From IMG/VR virus record IMGVR_UViG_3300014205_000193: 64,000 nucleotides of DNA; one strand, given 5' to 3'. This document shows positions 19,343-28,083 of this stretch, in pieces. Position 1 is the stretch's first letter, and each line of letters begins with the position of its first letter. Below the pieces are notes generated by a model that was given only the letters and a program-made list of their open reading frames with translations, ran no database searches and was not told the origin of the DNA. This DNA is from a virus. Its lineage: Duplodnaviria; Heunggongvirae; Uroviricota; Caudoviricetes. The translations under genes were made by a program, and so were the position numbers.

Positions 19343-19616
19343 GGTACAAATGTCACAAAATCACTGTCCTATCATCGCTATTGTGGGATTAGATCCCAGC
19401 AAGCACGTTATCCCACCGTTGCTAATGCATCATCTTAAAAAGATGAGTAAAGATTTTAAAATCGGTTTCATCGACACGCCTGACCTGAGTGAGCGGACGG
19501 GGGAGGCGTTAAAAAAGATGGTGGATGAATCTGGCTTTGTGCCTCTACTTAAAGGGGAACAGCCTGTAGTCGTGGAACCTAGTGGCTTGGTAGATGTGTC
19601 CGGGAGGCCGTTGTGA
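19332..19616 (+). CDS. hypothetical protein
   Basis: 94-aa ORF. Confidence 0.4.
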   Translation: MIIEVQMSQNHCPIIAIVGLDPSKHVIPPLLMHHLKKMSKDFKIGFIDTPDLSERTGEALKKMVDESGFVPLLKGEQPVVVEPSGLVDVSGRPL

Positions 19617-19780
19617 CTTCGGTAGACTATGCAAACAGTCTTGACCCGCGTATTAAGGCTGCTTATCAGGCAGGTGTATCCGCCGGGCGCAGCCAAATGT
19701 GTGATGAGATTTTGCAGGCTAGGGCTAATGATAAACCCACAGCTAAAGAGGTGAATGATGATAGTGTTGGGCAGTGATCA
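19613..19780 (+). CDS. small hypothetical protein (GTG start overlapping upstream stop)
   Basis: GTGA start/stop overlap; 55-aa protein-like composition VTSVDYANSLDPRIKAAYQAGV... Confidence 0.2.
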
Positions 19781-20066
19781 CTTATTACGACAGGCAGCGC
19801 ACTTAGCTAGTAAGCCACCTCTCTTCTCTGCTCCTGGTTTTTTTAGCTTTTTGCCCAGGCAGTTTATGCATATTTGTAACTATTTTAATTATCGTAAGTA
19901 TCTTAACAAATTGAAGATATGTAAGGTACTTCATAAATATAGCCGCTTGAGAGTGGATTTAAAGACAGGCGCATTATCTGTGCAAATCATGCCTTACGCA
20001 AACTTGAGAACGATAGCTATAACTTGTACTATTAGAAACAACTAACAACTATCTACAGGAGTAATT

Positions 20067-20348
20067 ATGGAATTTTTAACAGTGTATGCACAAGAACGGA
20101 TTACGGGAGAGGTGCATTATGATCTCCCGGTATTAATAAATGGGGAGGCTAACGGCTACACTGGCAATCCTATAAAATTAGATCCAGGAACCATTGATGT
20201 GTCTGTAGAGGCTGAGCATGCCGAGTCACACCACATACGACTGGAGAACACCACCGTGACTACTCCTCTTAAAGTAACTATTATGTTTGGGGATGAATAT
20301 CCTGAAATCCCGGATGTACCAGAATTTGACGGAGGTCCTAATGTTTAA
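20067..20348 (+). CDS. hypothetical protein
   Basis: 93-aa ORF with AGGAG RBS (ctacaggagtaattatg). Confidence 0.45.
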   Translation: MEFLTVYAQERITGEVHYDLPVLINGEANGYTGNPIKLDPGTIDVSVEAEHAESHHIRLENTTVTTPLKVTIMFGDEYPEIPDVPEFDGGPNV

Positions 20349-21729
20349 GAAGATTAAACGAGTGTTGCTGGTAGTCTTGACTTTTGGTTTATTGTATGGC
20401 CTGACCGGGGCATGTTGTTCCGCACAGTATAATATTGCAGGAAGAAGCAACCCTCCGTCACCAAAGCCAGTAGTTGAAGATGATCAGACCTTAATGTATA
20501 CTTGTTTTTCTGGTGGCGGCACTCGTGCTATGGCCATGGGTTATGAAGTTGTTGATGCCCTAGCTAAGGTTGATTATAAGGTTTATGTTAGAGGTCCTTC
20601 ACTTTTTGACACCACCACCCTACGTGAGGAAATAGACTATACATCAGGTGTCTCAGGAGGATCATTCGTAAGTGCGGCGCTAGCTGTTTACCCACAGGAA
20701 GAGTGGCCTATATTTTATCGTAAGGGGGTGTCCAGAGATATTCAAGGTAGCATTATTAAACATCTGCTGGCAGTTAAAAACTGGCCAAGATTACTGTCTC
20801 CTTATTATAACAGAACAGATTTAGCATCTGAGTTTTATGACCATCGGGTTTTTAAGAATTATACTTTTGGAGATTTGCCACAGAGGCCAGTGGTTTACAT
20901 CAACACAACAGTATTGGCTGCTCGATCGCACTTTGTTTTTACTGATGAATATTTTAGGTATATTGGTTCGGACATTTACAAATATCCTGTGGGCTTTGCT
21001 TGCGCAGCTTCCAGTGCCTTTCCTGTAGGTTTTGCCCCCATGACGCTGCGTAATTACATAAGAACCTATCAATCAGAAGATTCGCTCAGACTGAATGCAC
21101 ATTACAGATACGCGGTAGCTAATGAGCAAGCTGATATACAGCAGCATGCCTGGGCAGACTTATATCGATTTTTACGAGATACATCTAACCAGTGGTTGCA
21201 TGTATCTGATGGTGGTATTGCGGGGAACACAGGTATTGAGCGAGTATTAGACGCCTGGAGAAGTAACGGTATTATAAACCGAGCGCTGAATGACGTAAAA
21301 AATCCGCTGAAACGACTGATTTTTGTAGTTGTAAATGCAGGTGCAGGCGTCCCGGATGGTAGTTGTTCTAAGCGGATGGCGCCAAATGCCTTCAAGGTGT
21401 TAATGTATACCACTACCACTTCTATGGACCTAATGTCTGCCACCAGAATTGCGGAGTTAAAAGCACGGGTTGACGAATTGTGGACGATAATTCAACAGTC
21501 CAGAACTTTTGATGCTTCTCTGGCTAATTTGGAGAAACCATACTTAATAGAGATAAGTGCCCGAAACTTACCTGAAGGAGTGCTTAAGCAGGCTTTTAAT
21601 AACATACCTACGACATTTGACCTGCCCGCGGAGCAGTTATTGACTATTAGACAAGCAGTAGCAGAGTTGATGACTAATAACACAGAGTATCAAAGGTTAT
21701 TACAATCGATAGCAGCAGAGCGTAAATAA
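20341..21729 (+). CDS. patatin-like phospholipase with N-terminal signal peptide (possible lipoprotein)
   Basis: Oxyanion motif FSGGGTRAMAMGY, serine lipase motif GVSGGS (GxSxG), and DGG dyad motif HVSDGGIAGN. N-terminus MFKKIKRVLLVVLTFGLLYGLTGAC has a hydrophobic core followed by Cys. Confidence 0.7.
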   Translation: MFKKIKRVLLVVLTFGLLYGLTGACCSAQYNIAGRSNPPSPKPVVEDDQTLMYTCFSGGGTRAMAMGYEVVDALAKVDYKVYVRGPSLFDTTTLREEIDYTSGVSGGSFVSAALAVYPQEEWPIFYRKGVSRDIQGSIIKHLLAVKNWPRLLSPYYNRTDLASEFYDHRVFKNYTFGDLPQRPVVYINTTVLAARSHFVFTDEYFRYIGSDIYKYPVGFACAASSAFPVGFAPMTLRNYIRTYQSEDSLRLNAHYRYAVANEQADIQQHAWADLYRFLRDTSNQWLHVSDGGIAGNTGIERVLDAWRSNGIINRALNDVKNPLKRLIFVVVNAGAGVPDGSCSKRMAPNAFKVLMYTTTTSMDLMSATRIAELKARVDELWTIIQQSRTFDASLANLEKPYLIEISARNLPEGVLKQAFNNIPTTFDLPAEQLLTIRQAVAELMTNNTEYQRLLQSIAAERK

Positions 21730-21753
21730 ATTTAAACTAGAAAGGGCTACCAA

Positions 21754-22209
21754 ATGGCCAACACTTCAAGATTATCACTGCAATGTCAAGTATCTCAGTC
21801 ACTTATAAAAGCAGACAAGAAGAAGGGTGACTCTGTCATCGTTACTCGCTTTATGGGCTTAGGAACGGTGGGTCTTTTTAAGAACTTCAGTAAGCCTCTG
21901 GAAGACGTAGTGTTTAAGACAGTATGCTGGGAGACTGTCAAGACTGGGCAGATCGTCAACGTCTGGGTTATGATTTTAAGAGATACAAAGACGGGAATTG
22001 AGTTTGCCCGAATCAAGGGTTGTGTGATTGAGAATATTGTAATTAAATCTAAAGATGGGGAGTTAGAGGTAACAATATCAATTCAACATCGTCATAGTAC
22101 GCAGCAGCCTTCACTGGAGGCCGCCATTTCTGCTCTGGTCACACTTGAGTTAGAGCCAGATGTTGAGATTCTACCAGGGGCTATGGATGCCGAACCCGCT
22201 GAAGAGTAG
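21754..22209 (+). CDS. hypothetical protein
   Basis: 151-aa ORF. Confidence 0.5.
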   Translation: MANTSRLSLQCQVSQSLIKADKKKGDSVIVTRFMGLGTVGLFKNFSKPLEDVVFKTVCWETVKTGQIVNVWVMILRDTKTGIEFARIKGCVIENIVIKSKDGELEVTISIQHRHSTQQPSLEAAISALVTLELEPDVEILPGAMDAEPAEE

Positions 22210-22493
22210 GTTACCTGCAAGCTGCTCTCAGTGTCCGCATTGGCAGCTTAGTCAGGAGTTCGGATATAAGATATGTGAACTAGCAAACATCGCCGGGTCG
22301 CCTAAACATCTACCCGCCGAGTGTCCCCTGCATGGGCGGGATAGAGATGCTGCATATGCCTAGGGCACTATTGCAGTTTACGTGCAGAAGTATACTAAGA
22401 GATGTCATAATGACGACATTTATATGTTGTGTTCAATACCATTTACACACAAAACAATTAACGCGGGGTAAACCCGCTAAAGGAGAAAATCAG

Positions 22494-22757
22494 ATGAATT
22501 TCGGAAAAGCAATTGAAGAATTGAAACTTAGTAAAAAAGTATCTCGTCAGGGTTGGAATGGAAAAGGAATGTTTCTTGCATTAGCGTATCCTAATACTTC
22601 ATGCTGCAATGAGGCGATCAAATTTAATCATGGCTATGAAGGTGTATCGCCAATATTGGAAAACTTCATAGTTATGAAAACAGCGGATAATAAACTCGTT
22701 CCGTGGCTTGCAAGTCAAACAGATGTACTCGCAGAGGATTGGGGAATCATAGAATAA
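22494..22757 (+). CDS. DUF2829-family protein, Tad2-like candidate anti-Thoeris signal sponge
   Basis: 87 aa with AGGAG RBS. MNFGKAIEELKLSKKVSRQGWNGKGMF...LVPWLASQTDVLAEDW matches my memory of the DUF2829 consensus (MNFGEA.EALK.GKKV.R.GWNGKGM ... PW..SQ.D.LAEDW). Confidence 0.55.
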   Translation: MNFGKAIEELKLSKKVSRQGWNGKGMFLALAYPNTSCCNEAIKFNHGYEGVSPILENFIVMKTADNKLVPWLASQTDVLAEDWGIIE

Positions 22758-22784
22758 TTAAAGGCAGCGTGTAAATGGTACTAA

Positions 22785-22880
22785 ACACAACAACGGCAGG
22801 GCGTCATTAAAACGACGCCCGACCTGCTCTTCCGAGCAGTGCCGAAATGTTGGTTGCAATTTTGGCCGCAAGGCAAAGAA
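22785..22880 (+). ncRNA. repeated structured leader element, copy A (two hairpins + aaatgttggttg + cgcaaggca box)
   Basis: About 90-nt element aligning with 24135-24245. Hairpins GGGCGTC-attaaaac-GACGCCC and CTGCTC-ttcc-GAGCAG. Confidence 0.45.
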
Positions 22881-22889
22881 AGGAAAATT

Positions 22890-23204
22890 ATGTTTTTTAA
22901 AAACATTGCAAAAGAATTAGGCGAGAAATTTCTATGTCTACAGTCCGCTAATTGTTGTGACATAACAGAATGCAATAAGATAAAGTGGAACCCAAAAACA
23001 ATGAACGAATCAAAAAATATCGGTTACAATCACAAAGAGTATGTTTTTTCACATAGCATAGTAAATATTCATTCTGGAGATGAGTTTGTTTATTATAAAG
23101 AAGCGGTGCAAGACAAAAGGCAGCGTCCAAAAACAGTACGGGTGAGTACACCCCAACCAACAAAGGCAGTACGCAAGCCGAGTACGGCCAGCGCACATGC
23201 CTAA
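22890..23204 (+). CDS. hypothetical small protein
   Basis: 104-aa ORF MFFKNIAKELGEKF...; an RBS-like aaaggaaaa and the repeat element lie upstream. Confidence 0.4.
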   Translation: MFFKNIAKELGEKFLCLQSANCCDITECNKIKWNPKTMNESKNIGYNHKEYVFSHSIVNIHSGDEFVYYKEAVQDKRQRPKTVRVSTPQPTKAVRKPSTASAHA

Positions 23205-23244
23205 ATGTTGTGCAAAATACGGTCGCAATACAGAGGAGAAAAAA

Positions 23245-23421
23245 ATGGAAGATAAACCAGTTTACATATGTAACCACAATAATTGCTTACATCGTCCATG
23301 TACTGTTATTGGAAAAGTAAATGATAGAGAGCCTAAGTGGTGTCCGTTTGATAAGGGTTCGGCTGATTTTAAATTAAAGACAGCGACCGTACTTCGCACA
23401 ACAAATGCAAGTAGCAAGTAA
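23245..23421 (+). CDS. small Cys-rich protein
   Basis: MEDKPVYICNHNNCLHRPCTV..., AGGAG RBS, preceded by the aaatgttg motif. Confidence 0.35.
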   Translation: MEDKPVYICNHNNCLHRPCTVIGKVNDREPKWCPFDKGSADFKLKTATVLRTTNASSK

Positions 23422-23501
23422 ACAGCAACTTGCATAAATGTTGGTTGAAATAAGTTTTCGCGCAAGGCAATAGCGCACGCAAGCGTGCTAAAGGAGGAAA
23501 G

Positions 23502-23804
23502 ATGACTATTATTCCAACGCTCAAAGAAGTTAAAAAACATATGCCGACATCGGAGAACAAAAGAGAAGCTGAGTGTTTTTTGGCAGGCGTCCAAGAATGT
23601 CATGAATTTATAAAAAATAATTTACAAAACGCTGTAAACATTCTCCCGATACAGCTTAAACGAAAGTTTAAAATCTTTCCGTTGCCGCTACAATGGTGGG
23701 TTAGCGATTGTTCTGGACAAGGTAAGAACTTTTGTAAAACTACGTGGTGGTATGTGTTATCGGGAAAACATAAAAACCAAAATAAAGTTTTAGGAAGACC
23801 ATAA
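23502..23804 (+). CDS. hypothetical small protein
   Basis: AAGGAGG RBS; preceded by aaatgttggttgaaat...gcgcaaggca motif. Confidence 0.4.
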   Translation: MTIIPTLKEVKKHMPTSENKREAECFLAGVQECHEFIKNNLQNAVNILPIQLKRKFKIFPLPLQWWVSDCSGQGKNFCKTTWWYVLSGKHKNQNKVLGRP

Positions 23805-23870
23805 AGGCAGCGACATAGCTAAATGTTGTACGCAATACCGCGCAAGACATAAAACAAAAGGAGAATATGA

Positions 23871-24128
23871 ATGGCAAAAGAATTTTCAGTTCACAGTTCA
23901 AACATAGGAATCTATGTTGATGGTAATTTACAAGGGCTTGAGGATATTGTAAAGATGCTATACGCCTACGAAGAGGCTCTTGAGTTGATGTACACTAAGA
24001 TGGCTCCTGCTTATAAGCTGGCTGGTAAATTCAAGGCGTATCTTGAACACAATAAAGAAGTTATTTCTGGCCTCGAAAAAGAAATAGAAGAATTACAGAA
24101 AACAGTAGAACCAAAGGCAGCGCGGTAA
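23871..24128 (+). CDS. hypothetical small protein
   Basis: AGGAG RBS; preceded by aaatgttg...cgcaag motif. Confidence 0.45.
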   Translation: MAKEFSVHSSNIGIYVDGNLQGLEDIVKMLYAYEEALELMYTKMAPAYKLAGKFKAYLEHNKEVISGLEKEIEELQKTVEPKAAR

Positions 24129-24134
24129 AGCGTA

Positions 24135-24245
24135 CAACAACGGCATGGTGCCATTAAAACGGCACCAGACCCGCTCTTCCGAGCGGTGCCGAAATGTTGG
24201 TTGAAATTAAAATTGGCGCAAGGCAGTAACGCGCCTTACAGGCTC
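24135..24245 (+). ncRNA. repeated structured leader element, copy B
   Basis: Hairpins TGGTGCC-attaaaac-GGCACCA and CCGCTC-ttcc-GAGCGG. Base substitutions relative to copy A are compensated on the opposite strand of both stems. Confidence 0.45.
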
Positions 24246-24256
24246 GAAAGGAAAAG

Positions 24257-24562
24257 ATGGAAAAAATAAAAACAGATTCAGATGGAGTAAAGGCAGCGGT
24301 AGCTTTGTTAAGTAGAGAGCTAGATTTGATTTCAAGGATGCACATTGAGAGTGTTTGTCTTGCTGTGATAAACAGGTATAACGCCTCTGCGGATTCAGCC
24401 GAGCTGGTTAGTGTCGCGTATGATATGCTTGACCAAGTTATAAATGGTGGATTTGTTATAAGAATTTCTAAGTTAAAAATACTTTGCGAATCGCTATTAA
24501 AAGAAAAAAGTCCAGCATATATGAAAAACAATCTAAAAGAACTAAAGGCAGGCGCGAATTAA
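24257..24562 (+). CDS. hypothetical small protein
   Basis: 101-aa ORF with RBS gaaaggaaaag. Confidence 0.45.
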   Translation: MEKIKTDSDGVKAAVALLSRELDLISRMHIESVCLAVINRYNASADSAELVSVAYDMLDQVINGGFVIRISKLKILCESLLKEKSPAYMKNNLKELKAGAN

Positions 24563-24606
24563 ACATCAAGTAGTACGCAAAACCGCCGCAAGGCAAAAGG
24601 CGACAA

Positions 24607-24753
24607 ATGGATGATGACGAAGAAGATTATATAAACATACGGACTCACATTGTTTGCGGTATAATGGTTTACGACAGCATGCACGATATGATATTAGCTG
24701 GCCTTTGGGAGGACAAAAAAAATGAAGTACGAAAACTATTACAATCAATTTAA
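24607..24753 (+). CDS. small acidic protein (48 aa)
   Basis: Short plus-strand ORF MDDDEEDYINIRTHIVCG... preceded by cgcaaggca motif and aaaagg RBS. Preferred over the antisense ORF 24566-24784. Confidence 0.3.
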   Translation: MDDDEEDYINIRTHIVCGIMVYDSMHDMILAGLWEDKKNEVRKLLQSI

Positions 24754-24807
24754 GAGTGGCGAACCAAGAATTAGAACACATCACTACTTGATAACAAGGA
24801 GAAAATT

Positions 24808-24966
24808 ATGGGACTTTTTGGAGATTTACTAGCTGCACCATTTAAAATAGCTGGCGGAGTGACTGAGGCATTAGGAGAGGTGACAGGCACTAGTAAGATA
24901 ACTAATATTATTTCTAAGCCACTTGATGCCGCCGGAGAGGCGCTCGAAGAAATAGGCGAAGATTAA
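24808..24966 (+). CDS. small protein (52 aa)
   Basis: Strong AAGGAG RBS 6 nt upstream; sequence MGLFGDLLAAPFKIAGGVTEALGEV... Confidence 0.4.
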   Translation: MGLFGDLLAAPFKIAGGVTEALGEVTGTSKITNIISKPLDAAGEALEEIGED

Positions 24967-25008
24967 GAGCACTGCAAATATACCGATGACATAAGGCGTA
25001 TAGATATT

Positions 25009-25311
25009 ATGAAAACCAATATAGAATTTGAGGCATGGTTTGCCCAATGGGATGATACTCCCGAAAATGATTCAGAGTATCCAGACCCCGGCAGTACAAA
25101 AGAAGCCATGCAGCAGGCATGGGAAGCCGGACAAAAACAAATTAAGAGTATGAACAATAAGGATATTACAATAAGGCCACCAACACCGTCTATCCCAGCT
25201 TGCCCCAAATGCGGTGCCAGGATGGCTGTTAATGGTATAGGTAGGTGTTGCACTAACCTGGTCTGTCAAGAAGTAGAGTTACACATGTATAACGAGAAAG
25301 GTGCAGAATGA
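25009..25311 (+). CDS. hypothetical protein with zinc-ribbon motif
   Basis: CPKCGARMAVNGIGRCCTNLVC. Confidence 0.45.
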   Translation: MKTNIEFEAWFAQWDDTPENDSEYPDPGSTKEAMQQAWEAGQKQIKSMNNKDITIRPPTPSIPACPKCGARMAVNGIGRCCTNLVCQEVELHMYNEKGAE

Positions 25312-25658
25312 AAAAGAAAGTAGAGATTAAAATTTACCAGCAGGACTGGATGCCCGGTTTTGCTGCTTATTTAGGTAACTCCCTCACTACAGACGGACAT
25401 GCAAAAGTTGTTCTTAACCTAGGCTCTGTATTGGCCATGGTTGCTGCTAAGGAAATTCCTAAAAGTGAAGTTCCATATGTGGTTGCTGAATCTATAATGC
25501 ATGAGGTTATGCATGTACTTGAAGAGTGGGCGGGAGTTGAATTCAATGAGACTAAAGTTGAGGCTCTCATTTATAAGTATGGTGAATTGTATGCAAAGAA
25601 GGCTTCTAGTAAACGGAAGCCAGGTCTTACTAAAAAACGTAAGAAGGTAACATGTTGA
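25308..25658 (+). CDS. hypothetical protein
   Basis: 116-aa ORF; ATGA overlap with upstream gene. Confidence 0.45.
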   Translation: MKKKVEIKIYQQDWMPGFAAYLGNSLTTDGHAKVVLNLGSVLAMVAAKEIPKSEVPYVVAESIMHEVMHVLEEWAGVEFNETKVEALIYKYGELYAKKASSKRKPGLTKKRKKVTC

Positions 25659-25831
25659 GGAAGTTTTTATTGACGCCGTGGACATGTTTTTGGTCCCTGG
25701 CGTTTTCATTTATGTATGCGCACGGAATCCCGATACCATTTGTAGGGGTAATCTTCGGATGGGCTATTGGCTGCAAGGGTAAAAGGATAAAATAGAATAG
25801 TTATTTGTGTTATACTAATTAGGAGGTTAGG

Positions 25832-26122
25832 ATGAAATTTCAAGAAGCATTCCAAGTTTTTACAAAAACATTAAAAAAAGATAAGGCACTTTATCAAGCC
25901 TATCAAGCCAATATTGCTATGGCTTACTATGATTGTGCCAGATGGGAAGGTAGTCGAGATTCTTCTGTCAAACGGCACGCTATTGGTAATAGGGCAGCTA
26001 CTTACTTCTTAGACCTGCTCTTACGACCCACCGCTAAGCCTTCTAAAGGTAAGCCTGCCACTAAACCAAATATTCCATTGACAGACGCTAAGCAGAAGAA
26101 GAGGGGTAAATGTACGAAATAA
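25832..26122 (+). CDS. hypothetical protein
   Basis: 96-aa ORF with AGGAGG RBS. Confidence 0.4.
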   Translation: MKFQEAFQVFTKTLKKDKALYQAYQANIAMAYYDCARWEGSRDSSVKRHAIGNRAATYFLDLLLRPTAKPSKGKPATKPNIPLTDAKQKKRGKCTK

Positions 26123-26967
26123 TTTACGCAGACCCGCCTTGGTCTTTTAGTAACAAGAAGACCGGTGGCTCCATGAAGAGTGGATCGGCCGCTCAATACA
26201 GCTGTATGAGTATTAAGGAGTTGGCCAGCTTGAATGTACAGTCCCTGTGTGCAGAGAATTGCGCCCTCTTTATGTGGTGGGTAGCGTCGATGCCTGATGA
26301 AGCATTACATGTTGCCCGGAGTTGGGGATTTAAGTTCAAGACCATGACCGAGTTTGTATGGAATAAGACCACAGTGCATGGTAAGCCTTTCTTTGGGATG
26401 GGATTCAGCACTCGGCAGGGGTCTGAGAGTTGTTTGCTGGCCGTTAAAGGAGACTTCAAGCGTATCTCTGCATCAGTCAGGGCTGTTATCACACACCCGA
26501 TTCTAGCCCACTCAGAGAAGCCTGACATCTTTAGGGATAGTATTGTTGAATTGATGGGGCCACTGCCTCGTTTGGAGATGTTTGGTCGTAAGGCAGTTCC
26601 CGGCTGGGATATGTTCGGCGATGAGGTTCCTGATTCTATAGAAATTCCTGCGGTAACACGCATTATTATGCCGGGTAAAATAAAAATAGGTGCGTATACC
26701 TTTGATAACAAGTGCCCACAAAGCTGTCCTGGTCATGGCGAGGGGGTTAGAGATTACGATTTATGCAGGTGGTGTCCCATATTCAACTGTGGACCAGAAG
26801 GAACCATTGTAGGCTGCTCCCCAAAAGAGTATCGTGTTGATTGGGCAGCTATATGGCATGCTTGGTTTGGTACGGATATGAAGGATTATCCGCAGTTATC
26901 CATAGTTAATATCGTGGACAGCTGTGCAAATGCTCTTACTGGAGGCCAGCATGAAAATGCTACATGA
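26110..26967 (+). CDS. MT-A70-family N6-adenine DNA methyltransferase with Cys-rich C-terminal extension
   Basis: DPPW catalytic motif (IIYADPPWSF) near the N-terminus. C-terminal ~130 aa contains CPQSCPGHGEG...CRWCPIFNCGPEG. Confidence 0.75.
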   Translation: MYEIIYADPPWSFSNKKTGGSMKSGSAAQYSCMSIKELASLNVQSLCAENCALFMWWVASMPDEALHVARSWGFKFKTMTEFVWNKTTVHGKPFFGMGFSTRQGSESCLLAVKGDFKRISASVRAVITHPILAHSEKPDIFRDSIVELMGPLPRLEMFGRKAVPGWDMFGDEVPDSIEIPAVTRIIMPGKIKIGAYTFDNKCPQSCPGHGEGVRDYDLCRWCPIFNCGPEGTIVGCSPKEYRVDWAAIWHAWFGTDMKDYPQLSIVNIVDSCANALTGGQHENAT

Positions 26968-27673
26968 TGATTGTTTACGGGCTATGCCCCACATAGCGGA
27001 TGCGGTGATAGATGCCATCATATGTGATTTGCCTTATGGTAGCACTAAATGCCCATGGGATATTTTGATACCTTTTGATAGTCTATGGAGTAGCTACAAG
27101 AGAATTTTAAAAGCAAATGGTGTAATTATTTTGTTTGGTCAAGAGCCTTTCAGTTCATTATTACGAATGTCTAATTTAGCCTGGTACAAGTATGACTATT
27201 ATTGGGAAAAAGAAAGATTAACAAATGTAATGCAAGTCAAGCGGCGTCCGGGTAAGGTGATAGAGACAATATCAGTTTTCTATAACAAACAACCTACGTA
27301 CATTCCTCAGATGGTAAAATATGCCGGGAAGATAGTTACAAATAAAGTTTTAGCAGGTAAATTAGGGACACTAATAGATCAGGGGGCTAAAAAAGTATAT
27401 GAATATAAAGATACTGGTTATAGGTATCCAACCCAGGTATTAAGATATAAACGAGATACCCTGGTAAGTAATCTGCACCCAACGCAGAAACCTCTGGCAT
27501 TATTGGAGGAATTGATTCGTACTTTTACTAAAGTTGGCGATTTGGTATTGGATAATTGCATGGGAAGTGGTACCACAGGGTTAGCTTGTAAAAATCTTGG
27601 CAGGAACTTTTTAGGTATAGAAAAAGATAAGCATTATTTTGAGATAGCCGTAGAAAGGCTTCGTGACCTATGA
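26951..27673 (+). CDS. beta-class DNA methyltransferase (N6-adenine or N4-cytosine, DPPY type)
   Basis: Motif IV AIICDLPYG near the N-terminus and motif I LVLDNCMGSGTTGLA near the C-terminus (beta permutation). GGAGG RBS before ATG at 26951. Confidence 0.75.
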   Translation: MKMLHDDCLRAMPHIADAVIDAIICDLPYGSTKCPWDILIPFDSLWSSYKRILKANGVIILFGQEPFSSLLRMSNLAWYKYDYYWEKERLTNVMQVKRRPGKVIETISVFYNKQPTYIPQMVKYAGKIVTNKVLAGKLGTLIDQGAKKVYEYKDTGYRYPTQVLRYKRDTLVSNLHPTQKPLALLEELIRTFTKVGDLVLDNCMGSGTTGLACKNLGRNFLGIEKDKHYFEIAVERLRDL

Positions 27674-28005
27674 TGATCTACACCTCTTATTATGCCAAGT
27701 ATAAAGGAGCTAATCCGGTGTCCATTGCAGGTCGCTGCCCTGTGTGGTACAAAGGTCGCGAGTATAAGAAGCTGGCACCTAAATATGATTTTTTTAAGAA
27801 ATATAAAGAAGACGGTAATGAGGCGGAGTACACGGCAGCTTTTCAGGCGCAGGTACTTGACCTGTTGGACCCGGCAACCGTCCTGTCTGAACTAGGAGAG
27901 AATGCTGTTTTATTGTGTTGGGAGAAGAGTGGGGAATTTTGCCATCGCCATCTCGTAGCTAAGTGGTTGCGGGATAAATTGGGGATTGAATGTACAGAGT
28001 TGTAG
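27670..28005 (+). CDS. DUF488-like protein
   Basis: C-terminal VLLCWEKSGEFCHRHLVAKWLRD resembles the DUF488 (YeaO-like) signature; from memory only. Confidence 0.4.
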   Translation: MMIYTSYYAKYKGANPVSIAGRCPVWYKGREYKKLAPKYDFFKKYKEDGNEAEYTAAFQAQVLDLLDPATVLSELGENAVLLCWEKSGEFCHRHLVAKWLRDKLGIECTEL

Positions 28006-28083
28006 CACACTATAAATTAACCTAAACTTTACGCATGCAATTTTTTTGTTGCATTTATTTTTTTAATTAGTTATTATATACAC

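Noticed and set aside
19755-20045. 96-aa plus ORF
   Set aside because: Translation is low-complexity (FFSFLPRQFMHICNYFNYRKYLNKLKICK) with no RBS. I treat the region as non-coding or regulatory.
22160-22757. Longer ORFs 22160-22363 and 22332-22757 as alternative gene models
   Set aside because: Their upstream portions lack an RBS and are rich in GC hairpins. The conserved DUF2829-like protein begins at the internal ATG 22494, directly after an AGGAG.
24566-24784. Minus-strand 72-aa ORF
   Set aside because: It has no RBS. It overlaps two better-supported plus-strand small ORFs (24607-24753 and 24808-24966, the latter with AAGGAG) that fit the co-oriented gene island.
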